Shown one piece after another: positions 17,474 to 25,766 of a stretch of DNA of 32,000 nt (position 1 is the first letter of the stretch; every line of letters starts with the position of its first letter). Below the pieces are notes generated by a model. It worked only from the letters and a program-made list of their open reading frames with translations, did not search any database and was not told where the DNA came from. This DNA comes from Mycolicibacterium smegmatis. Lineage in GTDB: Bacteria; Actinomycetota; Actinomycetes; Mycobacteriales; Mycobacteriaceae. The translations under genes were made by a program, and so were the position numbers. The stretch spans positions 4,650,001 to 4,682,000 of the forward strand of contig NZ_LN831039.1 of the NCBI RefSeq assembly GCF_001457595.1, in the 5' to 3' direction.

Positions 17474-18309
17474 GACTTCAACTCCCCTCGCCAGGCGAAG
17501 AACCGGCGTTCGAGGGATTCCAGCACCACCTTGTCGAGGAACAGCGCGAGGACGTAGAACGCGAGGATCCAGGTGAGGAACTCGTCGAGCCGGAACAGCT
17601 GTGTGGCGGTGCGCATCTCGAACCCGATGCCCTGGGAGGCCGCGAACACCTCGGTCAGCACCGTCACCTTCCACGCGATCGAGAATCCGAACCGCACTCC
17701 GGTGAAGATGAACGGCGCGAGGTGCGGTACGACGATGTGGCGGTTGCGTTTCACCACCCCGACGTCGAACGACCTGCCCATGTCGATGAGATCCTTGGGC
17801 AGCGATTTGATGCCTTCGGCGATGTTCACGGTGATGAGCGCGAACGTGGTCAACACGATCGCGATGATCGGTCCCGCGGTGCGGTTTCCGAAGATTATCG
17901 CGGTGATCAGGGCCCAGATGAGCCCAGGTGTCGTGACACCGATGGTGACCGCGTCGCGGAAGAAGCCGTTGAGAAACCGGTTCTGCATGAGGATGCCGAT
18001 GGCCACCCCCACCACGAACGCGATCGCGAAACCGACCGCGATCCGCGACAGCGTCGTGGCGAACGCCCCGGGCACCTCACCGCTGGCCCAGAGTCGGCCG
18101 AACGTCTCGAACACCGTCGACGGCCCGGGCAGTAACCTCTCGTCCATCAGGTTGCCCGACGCGAGCTCCCAGATGCCGAGGAAGAACACGTAACCGGCGA
18201 TCCGCCAGCCCCACGTCGTGATGCGGTCTCTTCGCTTCGCCGCGCGGACGATGTCCTCTTCGCTCGTCCGCGCGGGGACGTTCGGGGGTGACTCCAAGGT
18301 GGTTGACAC
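17470..18309 (-). CDS. ABC transporter permease (NitT/TauT family)
   Basis: Hydrophobic multi-span protein (WRIAGYVFFLGIWELAS...). I prefer the GTG at 18309 because GAGAGG lies 6 nt upstream. The ATG at 18372, overlapping the SBP gene by 23 nt, is the alternative. Confidence 0.8.
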   Translation of the reverse strand: MSTTLESPPNVPARTSEEDIVRAAKRRDRITTWGWRIAGYVFFLGIWELASGNLMDERLLPGPSTVFETFGRLWASGEVPGAFATTLSRIAVGFAIAFVVGVAIGILMQNRFLNGFFRDAVTIGVTTPGLIWALITAIIFGNRTAGPIIAIVLTTFALITVNIAEGIKSLPKDLIDMGRSFDVGVVKRNRHIVVPHLAPFIFTGVRFGFSIAWKVTVLTEVFAASQGIGFEMRTATQLFRLDEFLTWILAFYVLALFLDKVVLESLERRFFAWRGELKS

Positions 18310-18349
18310 AAGTCGCCTCTCGTCTATCGATGAACTCGTCGTGTACGGG

Positions 18350-19414
18350 TCACGAGGTCTTCGCCGCCTCATAGCGCGGGGTCGGGGCGTCGGGGGCCAG
18401 ATAGTTCGCGTTCGCGGGGTTGAGCTGCTTCATCAGGTTCCAGATCTCGGTTTCCGCCGGGATCCAGGCCGGGTCGAGCGCAACCTTGTCGACGAACCAG
18501 TTGTTGTCGCCGGACATGAATTGGATGAGCCAGTCGATGTCCTCGGAGCTCTCCACCGAGAAGTGTTGCGGGTACTTGCGAATCACGTCCGCTTTCTGCT
18601 CCTGGAACATGTCGACGCCCTGCTGCCAGAGGTCGAGGAACTTGATCGCGAGGTCGGGGTGCGCGTCGTACCACTCCTCGGTCGCGGTGAAGGTGTTGCC
18701 CACGACGTGCAGCTGGTCGTCGCTGTTGGGTGCGAACTCCTTGTACAGCTGGAACGGCAGCTCACCGCCGTACATGATCTCGAGCTCACCCTTGCGCAGC
18801 TGCGGCACGGCTGCCTCGGGAATGACAGCCGCGGCTTCGCAGTCACCGCGCAGCAGGTTGGTCGGGTTCACGAAGTGGTCGTTGACGAGAAGATCGAAAT
18901 CGCCGCCGCCGACGCGGTAGTCGAGGCCGTGCATCTGCTGGGCCAGCACGGTCCAGAACGCGGTGTTGGAGGTGGGGCCGGACACGCAGATCTTCGAGCC
19001 CTTCGGGATGTCCTCCAGCGTCTCGTACGGATCGCCTGCCCGTTTCAGCATCGGGACCCGCTGGTAGTTGTATTTGCCGAAGGTGACGGTCTTGATTCCG
19101 GTCTGTTGTTCGAGAACCGGGACTTCCTGCGTGGACATCGAGACGATGTCTCCGTGCCCGCCGGCGAAGTAGGTGAACTCGTCCCACGTCGAGCTGGTCT
19201 CGATCCGGATGTTGTTCTCCTGCTCCCACTTGGCCCTGGTTCCCGAATCGGTCAACAGATCCCATACCGGATCCGGTGCGAACGCGAACCTGATGACCTG
19301 CGGTCCGCCGGACTCCTGCTCGCCGGATTTCCCGCATCCCACGAGCGCCGTCAGCGCGAGTGCCGCGGCCCCAGCCACACACGCCGCTTTCCTGGCCGCT
19401 TTCTTGACCTTCAC
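18350..19414 (-). CDS. ABC transporter substrate-binding lipoprotein (NitT/TauT / SsuA-NMT1-like)
   Basis: Signal peptide plus lipobox MKVKKAARKAACVAGAAALALTALVGC. GTG start at 19414. Confidence 0.85.
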   Translation of the reverse strand: MKVKKAARKAACVAGAAALALTALVGCGKSGEQESGGPQVIRFAFAPDPVWDLLTDSGTRAKWEQENNIRIETSSTWDEFTYFAGGHGDIVSMSTQEVPVLEQQTGIKTVTFGKYNYQRVPMLKRAGDPYETLEDIPKGSKICVSGPTSNTAFWTVLAQQMHGLDYRVGGGDFDLLVNDHFVNPTNLLRGDCEAAAVIPEAAVPQLRKGELEIMYGGELPFQLYKEFAPNSDDQLHVVGNTFTATEEWYDAHPDLAIKFLDLWQQGVDMFQEQKADVIRKYPQHFSVESSEDIDWLIQFMSGDNNWFVDKVALDPAWIPAETEIWNLMKQLNPANANYLAPDAPTPRYEAAKTS

Positions 19415-19420
19415 GGTGGT

Positions 19421-19427
19421 CCTCCTT
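19421..19427 (-). promoter_or_regulatory. Shine-Dalgarno AAGGAGG for the substrate-binding protein gene
   Basis: Plus-strand cctcctt is AAGGAGG on the minus strand, 6 nt upstream of the GTG at 19414. Confidence 0.7.
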
Positions 19428-19669
19428 CATGCACGACAGATTGTGACGCGTGCCACTCAGTACAGTGCCAGCTTTCGGATTGACCTATGTCGGCGTCCGT
19501 GAATTTCGCCAGCGGTGGGTGTCGCGGCCTGTGACGTGCACCGAATCCGTCCGGCCACGGTGACGAAAGCCGTGATGTCGGCCCGAGAAATTCGATCTGA
19601 CCGCCACTGATCCGGGGCGCCCACTCACCTTGACTGGACGTGCCTGTCCCTCGCGACCCGGAGGATCCA

Positions 19670-20758
19670 ATGCGACTCGGCTACTTCGCAATGCCCCTGC
19701 ACCCAGTCGGCCGACCCTGGTCGGAAACCCTGCGTGAGGACCGGGAGGCGGTGATCCTGGCCGACCGGCTGGGATTCCACGACGCGTTCATCGGCGAGCA
19801 CCTGACGGACCGCCACGAGAACATCACCAACAGCCTGGTGTTCCTCGCGACGCTGATCTCCGACACCCGGCAGATCCGTCTGGGCACCGGGACCACGAAC
19901 CTGTCGCAGCAGCACCCCGTGCTGGTCGCCGCCAACTCTGCGATGTTCGACCACCTCGCCGACGGCCGGTTCATCCTCGGCATCAGCGCCGGCGCGCTGC
20001 CCTCGGATGCCGAGGCACTCGGCATCCTCGACCAGGACCGCAACGCGATCTTCGCCGAGGCCATCGATGTGATCACCGCGATCTGGGAATCCGAGCCGCC
20101 CTACTCCCTGGTCCGCGACGGCGGCCGGTTCTCCGTGACGACCGAGAAGACCTACGACCCCGATCTGGGGGTGGGAATCCTGCCCAAGACCCTGCAACAG
20201 CCGCGACCGGAGATCGTGGGCACCGTGGTGGCCCCGTTCTCCAAGGGCGTGATCACCATGGGGGCCCGGGACTTCCACCCTCTGTCGGCCAACTTCCTGC
20301 TGCCGCAGTGGGTTTCCACGCACTGGCCAAATTACGTGCAGGGCAGGGAATCGGTAGGGGCGCAGGCCGACACCGCTGACTGGCGGGTGGCCAGGACGGT
20401 GTTCGTCGCCGACGATGCCGCGGTGGCCGAGAGCTACGGCCGCGACGATCCCCGTAGCCCGTACCGCTACTACTACTCCAAGATGCTGACCAAGATGCGC
20501 AAGATCGGTCGCCTCGAGCTGTTCAAGACGCACCGCGAACAACCCGACGACGAGGTCACCCTCGATGGCGTGCTCGACCAACTGGTCATCACCGGAACCC
20601 CGGAGGCGGTGGCCGACCAGTTGCGGCGGTTCCAGGAAGAGGTCGGCGAGTTCGGTGAGCTCGTGTACGCGGGACTGGACTGGGTGGATCCCGATCTGGC
20701 GCGACGGTCCATGGAACTCATGGCCGAAAAGGTCATGCCGATGGTGAACGCGGGCTGA
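19670..20758 (+). CDS. LLM-class (luciferase-like) flavin- or F420-dependent monooxygenase/oxidoreductase
   Basis: The ATG at 19670 is preceded by GGAGGA. MRLGYFAMPLHP...ADRLGFHDAFIGEH is a typical LLM N-terminus. Confidence 0.85.
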   Translation: MRLGYFAMPLHPVGRPWSETLREDREAVILADRLGFHDAFIGEHLTDRHENITNSLVFLATLISDTRQIRLGTGTTNLSQQHPVLVAANSAMFDHLADGRFILGISAGALPSDAEALGILDQDRNAIFAEAIDVITAIWESEPPYSLVRDGGRFSVTTEKTYDPDLGVGILPKTLQQPRPEIVGTVVAPFSKGVITMGARDFHPLSANFLLPQWVSTHWPNYVQGRESVGAQADTADWRVARTVFVADDAAVAESYGRDDPRSPYRYYYSKMLTKMRKIGRLELFKTHREQPDDEVTLDGVLDQLVITGTPEAVADQLRRFQEEVGEFGELVYAGLDWVDPDLARRSMELMAEKVMPMVNAG

Positions 20759-20759
20759 C

Positions 20760-21314
20760 ATGGTCGAACAGGCATCCGCCGACCGGCTGCCCATGCCTGA
20801 ATCGCTCGACCCGGAGCAGCGACGTGCGGTGGAGCGGATTACGTCCGGACCGCGCGGCGGGCTGTTCGGCCCGTTCGTCCCGCTGCTACGGGCACCTGAA
20901 CTGATGACCCGTGTGCAACTCGTCGGCGAATACCTGCGATTCGAGTCCGAACTGCCGGATCACCTGCGCGAGTTGCTCATTCTGCTCGTCGCGCGTGACT
21001 GGGACCAGGACTTCGAATGGGGCCACCACGTGCCGCTGGCACGCGCCAGCGGGCTGGGCGAGGACGTCATCGCGACGATCGCTGCCGGCGGCGCACCCGT
21101 CGGCCCGACCGACGTGCGCGCGTTCTGGCGGCTGGCCGCCGAACTCGTGCGCGGCCATGCCGTCGGCGACGCCACGTTCGCCGACGCGGTGGCGGCCGCC
21201 GGTGAGGTCGCGGTCGTGGAGGCGATCGTCACGATCGGTTACTACACGACGCTGGCGATGACCATGAACGCCGCGCGCACACCGATTCCCGACGACTACG
21301 AGAGGCTGCCGTGA
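20760..21314 (+). CDS. Carboxymuconolactone decarboxylase (CMD/AhpD-like) family protein
   Basis: RELLILLVARDWDQDFEWGHHVPLARASG matches the CMD-family core. It starts 1 nt after the LLM stop. Confidence 0.8.
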   Translation: MVEQASADRLPMPESLDPEQRRAVERITSGPRGGLFGPFVPLLRAPELMTRVQLVGEYLRFESELPDHLRELLILLVARDWDQDFEWGHHVPLARASGLGEDVIATIAAGGAPVGPTDVRAFWRLAAELVRGHAVGDATFADAVAAAGEVAVVEAIVTIGYYTTLAMTMNAARTPIPDDYERLP

Positions 21315-22039
21315 GCACACCACTGGTTTTCCTGCACCCCTTGGGAGCCGACCGCAGCTTCTGGACGGTGGTCACCGCGGAGCTGGGCGGTCGTGACCAT
21401 GTCGCGCTCGACCTGCCCGGTCACGGTTCGGCCGCTGTGCTGCCGCGCGGCGCCGGCATCGCCGCGTTCGCCGACGCGGTGACCGGGCAACTCGATCCCG
21501 GCACTCGGATGCACCTGGTCGGTATGTCGCTGGGCGGCATCGTGGCTCAGCAGATCGCCTTGGACCGGCCGGACCTCGTCGCGTCGGTCGTGCTGGTGGA
21601 CACGATGCCGGTCTACCCGGAGCCCATGCGCCAGATGTGGCGTGACCGGGCCGCCGTCGCCCGCCGCGGCGAATTGGCGAGCCTGGTCGAACCAATGGTC
21701 GAGATGTGGTTCACGCCTGAACTTTCGGCCGCCGGCGACGCGCGGGTGAGGCATGCGCGTGAGGTATTCGCGCGCACCGACCCCGAGGGTTACGCGCGCT
21801 CGTGCGATCTGCTCGCCGAGGTGGATCTCAGCGAACGTCTTGCCGCGCTGCGGGTTCCCGCCGTGGTGGTGTGCGGCCGCGACGACGCGCAGCCCTTCCG
21901 CGACGCGGCGGTTTCGATGGCCAGGAGCACCGGTGCGGCCGCTGTGCACTGGCTGCCCGGCAAGCACGCGTGCGCCGTCGAATCGCCGCGCCTGTTCGCC
22001 GAACTGCTCGACGACCGGCTGGTCACGCCTGGCCGATAG
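21311..22039 (+). CDS. Alpha/beta hydrolase (3-oxoadipate enol-lactonase-like)
   Basis: Nucleophile elbow VGMSLGG. LVFLHPLGADRSFW is a typical N-terminus. GTGA overlap with the CMD gene. Confidence 0.85.
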   Translation: MSTPLVFLHPLGADRSFWTVVTAELGGRDHVALDLPGHGSAAVLPRGAGIAAFADAVTGQLDPGTRMHLVGMSLGGIVAQQIALDRPDLVASVVLVDTMPVYPEPMRQMWRDRAAVARRGELASLVEPMVEMWFTPELSAAGDARVRHAREVFARTDPEGYARSCDLLAEVDLSERLAALRVPAVVVCGRDDAQPFRDAAVSMARSTGAAAVHWLPGKHACAVESPRLFAELLDDRLVTPGR

Positions 22040-23327
22040 CGGGCAGCAGCCGCACGAGCCGGGCGGCCACCTGCAACTCGGTGCGACGCTCGGCCAACGG
22101 GCGCCCGATCAGTTCCTCGACCTTGTGCAGGCGATTACGCACGGTGTGCTCGTGCAGTTGCAGGTGCTCGGCTGCCGCGACGTGGGAGCCGAACCGGAAC
22201 GACGCCTCCAGCGTCTCACGTAGTCGCGCGGCCTCGACCGTATCCCGCGCGAGCGGCCCGAGTTCGCGTTCGACGAACTGTCGGGCCCGGTCGGGATCAC
22301 GCATGAGCAGGATCTCCAGACCGACGTCGTCGTGGCGCACCACCGCGGGAGCACCCGAGTCCCCCCACGCCGCCCGGATCCGTTCGGCGTCCATGGCCTC
22401 CTCCAGGCTCTCGCGGAATCCGTCGATACCCACGCTTGGTCCGCCGAGCGTCGCAACCACCCCAGCCTCTCTCAACACACCATCGAGAGCTTCCAGGATG
22501 GCCGGCTTCCACTCGCCGATACGCCCGAGCCACACGACCGTCGAGCTCAGCGTGAGCGGGTAGACCAGCGAATGCTGACAGCTGACGGCGGCACGCATGC
22601 CGACCGAAAGTTGTGTCGCGGCACCCTCGGCCAGCGTCGGCAGCAGTACCGCGATGTGGCGGCAGCTCAGGTCGTAGGACAGGATCGCGGTGTCCGACAC
22701 CGCGAGTGTGTTGCCCTCACCCCTCAGGATCTCCTTCACGAGATTGCGTCGCATGTGCGCGCGCGAGCGGTTGAGGGCCTCGTAGTCGCGCGTGTAGGTC
22801 TCCGCAACCTGTGAGGCGACGAAATCCTGATAGCCCAGGATCGTCTGCGTCAGCAGTTGCATCGCGAGCGCCGCCTCGTCGCGGTCGATGTCGCGCTCGA
22901 CGATCACCTGGCGCAGGAAAGCGGTCCAGGCCTCCCACATCGTGAAAAAGCTGACGCGGTAGGACCTCTGCATCGACTTCTGCGGTATCCGCAGCTGGGC
23001 CTGCACCGTCGCGAACGACAGCACCTGCTCGAGATAGACGTCCTCCAGGGCGATGTCGCCCGCGATGACCGATCGCAGGCAGTGCGCGTTGGCCCGGGTA
23101 CTCGCTGTCAGGTGGGCGCGGAACTCGTCATCGCCGATGTGGTTGGGAAACGCGATGCCCAGGCAGCGCCCGATGATGACGTCGACAAGCCCGTCCACGT
23201 CGAACCCGCGCGCGACGTCCTGCACCCAGGACGGCACAGGCCGCTCGTCACGCCACAGGTTCAACGGCGCCGGCATCGCATCGGCGGGCGAGTTGGTGTC
23301 AGCAGTCCGGTGAGCAGTCGTCGACAT
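22023..23327 (-). CDS. PucR-type (PucR C-terminal HTH) transcriptional regulator
   Basis: C-terminal HTH AAAEHLQLHEHTVRNRLHKVEELIGRPL. I prefer the ATG at 23327 (GAGG 9 nt upstream); the GTG at 23372 is the alternative. Its 3' end overlaps the convergent hydrolase gene by 17 nt. Confidence 0.8.
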   Translation of the reverse strand: MSTTAHRTADTNSPADAMPAPLNLWRDERPVPSWVQDVARGFDVDGLVDVIIGRCLGIAFPNHIGDDEFRAHLTASTRANAHCLRSVIAGDIALEDVYLEQVLSFATVQAQLRIPQKSMQRSYRVSFFTMWEAWTAFLRQVIVERDIDRDEAALAMQLLTQTILGYQDFVASQVAETYTRDYEALNRSRAHMRRNLVKEILRGEGNTLAVSDTAILSYDLSCRHIAVLLPTLAEGAATQLSVGMRAAVSCQHSLVYPLTLSSTVVWLGRIGEWKPAILEALDGVLREAGVVATLGGPSVGIDGFRESLEEAMDAERIRAAWGDSGAPAVVRHDDVGLEILLMRDPDRARQFVERELGPLARDTVEAARLRETLEASFRFGSHVAAAEHLQLHEHTVRNRLHKVEELIGRPLAERRTELQVAARLVRLLPAIGQA

Positions 23328-23418
23328 CCAGATGCACCTCGGTGGGTTGTTCAATGGTGCGACCTGCGTCACACCTTGCCGCGATGGTAGCCGGAAATGG
23401 ATGCATCGTGGGCGCGCC

Positions 23419-24411
23419 TCATCGCACCGTTTCGACCGCGCCGGTGTGCGCCGAGCGGGTGATCGCCTCGAACGTGCACGCGTTGGCGACCATCTCGTCG
23501 AGCGGGACCGGGTAAGGCGCCTTCCCGGCTACCGCCTTGGCGAAGGTTTCGATGTTCTCACGCACCGATGCATGCGGCGGATAGAACTGTGACGTGGCCG
23601 GTCTGCCACGCAGTTGGCGGGTGACGTCCCAGCCCTGGGGCGCCTCGGGATGTGTGCGGTCCCGGATCTCCACCCAGCCCTCCGAGCCGAGCACGGTCAC
23701 GCGGCCGACGAACGGCGTTGTGAGAACCGCGGTGATCAGCGCGGTCTGGCCCTTCTCGAAGGCCAGCGTGATCGCGAGGGTGTCGCCGTTGGCGAATGTG
23801 GTTGCCTGCGTCGACAATCGCGCCCACACCTCGGTGGGTCTGCCGAGGATGCTGATCGCCAGGTCGACCAGATGGATGCCGGTCGCCGACAGCGGGCCGA
23901 CCGGCGCCTCGACCGCCGAGAGCCGCCAGTTCTCGGCGGGCAGGTCGAGGAACTTGTCCTGGCTGAAGTTGCCCTCGAAGATCAGGGGCACCCCGAGTTC
24001 GCCGTCGGCGATCGCCCGTCGCATGTCGGCCACGGCAGGTTCGAAGCGACGCTCGTGCCCGATCCCGAGTTGCAGGCCCGCGTCCTTGACCGCCGCGACC
24101 GCCCGCCGGGCGTCCTCCCCCGAACCGCTCAGCGGCTTCTCACAGAAGACGTGCTTTCCGTGCGCGGCGGCCGCGATGATCTGCTCGACGTGAAATTTGT
24201 GTGGGGTGCACAGGATCACCGCGTCGACGGAGTCGTCGCGCAGGACCTCGTCGAAACTGTCGTGGACGTCCGCGACGAACGGACGCGCCGCGGCGCGGGC
24301 GTCGGCACTGATGTCCACCCCGGTCACCACCTGGACGTCATCGCTGCCAGACAGGTCGCGGACGACCTTGCCACCCCACCATCCGAGTCCCACAACGGCT
24401 GCATTGATCAC
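23419..24411 (-). CDS. Gfo/Idh/MocA family oxidoreductase
   Basis: MINAAVVGLGWWGG Rossmann N-terminus, VFCEKPLSGS, GTG start. Confidence 0.85.
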   Translation of the reverse strand: MINAAVVGLGWWGGKVVRDLSGSDDVQVVTGVDISADARAAARPFVADVHDSFDEVLRDDSVDAVILCTPHKFHVEQIIAAAAHGKHVFCEKPLSGSGEDARRAVAAVKDAGLQLGIGHERRFEPAVADMRRAIADGELGVPLIFEGNFSQDKFLDLPAENWRLSAVEAPVGPLSATGIHLVDLAISILGRPTEVWARLSTQATTFANGDTLAITLAFEKGQTALITAVLTTPFVGRVTVLGSEGWVEIRDRTHPEAPQGWDVTRQLRGRPATSQFYPPHASVRENIETFAKAVAGKAPYPVPLDEMVANACTFEAITRSAHTGAVETVR

Positions 24412-24611
24412 ATCGAACAGTCAAGGGCCCGGCCGAACCTCGTGCATTGTCGTCGAACGTGAACTTCGCGGCCCGACGTGTCGGAATCCGTCACCGGTCA
24501 AGCGGGCCGTGTCCCCATGCGCCATCGATCCCCGCCCAGATTCACGAAGTCCGTGAGTGATTGCCGGGCGCCGCGCCCGTTCAATTGAGGGCGACAGTGC
24601 TACGACAGGAG

Positions 24612-25766
24612 ATGCTCGTGACCCAGGACTATGTGACCACCGGGGGTGGGGTCGACACGGACCTGTTCCGGCATGTCGCCGGCCACCTGGCAAGTGGCGT
24701 GACCGTCGTGACGACCCGCGCCGACGACCGTGACTACGGTATGACCGCCAGCTCGGTCACCTCCCTGTCGATGGAGCCGCCGATGATGCTGGCCTGCATC
24801 AACAACGCGGTGCCCACGGCGGCCGCCATCGAGCGCAGTGGCCGCTACACCGTCAACGTGCTGGGTCAGTCACACGCAGATCTCGCGCATCAGTTCGCCG
24901 CCCCGCGACCGGACAAGTTCGCCGGGGTGTCGGTCGAACGCGGGATCGCCGACGTGGTCATCCTGACCGACGCGATAGCCGCACTCGAATGCGAGGTGAC
25001 CGAACAGGTGATCGGGGGAACGCATTCGGTGTTCTTCGGATTCGTGGTGTCGGCGACCGCTCGCGACGGTGCTCCGCTGACCTACTTCCGTGGCGGCTTC
25101 GGCAGATTCGAGTTCGAGTGCAACGACAACGCCTACGCGCGGGCCCGGGACATGGTGCTCAGCCGGGTGTTCACCGCCGAGCAGGTGGTCACGGTCGACG
25201 AACTCGCCGACCGTCTCGAAGGTGACCGGGCGCAGGCGTTCTACGCGCTCACCCGGCTCGCGGCCGACGGTTTGGTGTTGCGAGACCCACAGCGGGGCTA
25301 CGTCATCGCACCGTTCGACATCAAGACATCCGACTACACCTTCGAGGCGCGGCTCGCGATCGAGCTCGGTGTCATCGACTGCGTCGGGGACCATGCCGAC
25401 CCCGCCCAGCTCGCGATCGCCCGCCACCACCTCGAGACGATGTCGCGGCACCTCGTGGGTGACCGGTTCGAGGACTTTCATGCCTACCTCGACGCGAACT
25501 ACGCATTCCACGAAGCGATCGTCGCATTGACCGGGAACCCGTTGCTGATCGCGGCGTTCGGCTCGCTGAGCATCAAGAACGTCATGATGCGCAGCTTCGG
25601 GAACACGGCCCAGTCGTCCACCGCATTCCTCGCAGCCCAGCGCGACCTCCTCGAGGCACTCGAACGTGGCGACACCGTGGGCGCCCGTGAAGCCGCACGG
25701 AGTTACTGTGCGCTCGCCAAAGCCCGCACGCGCCAGCTTCTCTCGCTCACCGGCGGCCTGTTCTAG
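24612..25766 (+). CDS. Fusion protein: flavin reductase-like (HpaC/NmoB-type FMN-binding) domain + GntR-family wHTH + FCD ligand-binding domain
   Basis: Reductase-like part: FRHVAGHLASGVTVVTT...GMTASSVTSLSMEPPMMLACI...THSVFFGFVV (about nt 24657-25109). wHTH: VTVDELADRLEGDRAQAFYALTRLAADGLVLR (about 25131-25310). FCD: FEARLAIELG...YAFHEAIVALTGNPLL (about 25332-25730). The start is ATG 24612 or GTG 24618 (AGGAG at 24607-24611); the TTG at 24561 is unlikely. Confidence 0.75.
   Translation: MLVTQDYVTTGGGVDTDLFRHVAGHLASGVTVVTTRADDRDYGMTASSVTSLSMEPPMMLACINNAVPTAAAIERSGRYTVNVLGQSHADLAHQFAAPRPDKFAGVSVERGIADVVILTDAIAALECEVTEQVIGGTHSVFFGFVVSATARDGAPLTYFRGGFGRFEFECNDNAYARARDMVLSRVFTAEQVVTVDELADRLEGDRAQAFYALTRLAADGLVLRDPQRGYVIAPFDIKTSDYTFEARLAIELGVIDCVGDHADPAQLAIARHHLETMSRHLVGDRFEDFHAYLDANYAFHEAIVALTGNPLLIAAFGSLSIKNVMMRSFGNTAQSSTAFLAAQRDLLEALERGDTVGAREAARSYCALAKARTRQLLSLTGGLF

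Noticed and set aside
16232-17557. 441-aa plus-strand ORF, with 15550-16515, 18218-19483 and minus-strand 19625-20794, antisense to the ABC transporter and LLM genes
   Set aside because: Same reasoning. These ORFs are Arg/Asp/Gly/His-rich and motif-free, and each is fully explained by a motif-bearing gene on the other strand.
19442-19542. Repeated TGTGACG(C)GTGC-like motif (19442-19455 and 19530-19542) in the importer/LLM divergent control region
   Set aside because: The copies are imperfect, and GTGAC-containing words are common in this GC-rich sequence. No symmetric partner arms were found. I note it only as a place to look if the regulator is ever footprinted.
19555-19573. Hairpin cacgg-tgacgaaag-ccgtg with ACGA in the loop, examined as a possible guanidine-II (mini-ykkC-like) riboswitch given the guanidino-type enzymes nearby
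   Set aside because: The loop is 9 nt rather than an ACGR tetraloop, the stem is only 5 bp, there is no tandem partner hairpin, and it lies upstream of the LLM gene rather than the ureohydrolase operon.
1839-25766. Searched the accessory block for mobile-element hallmarks (integrase or transposase genes, tRNA attachment site, long terminal direct or inverted repeats, CRISPR repeats)
   Set aside because: None was recognisable by eye, so the block is not called a genomic island or mobile element in the feature list. It is only flagged as a synteny break.
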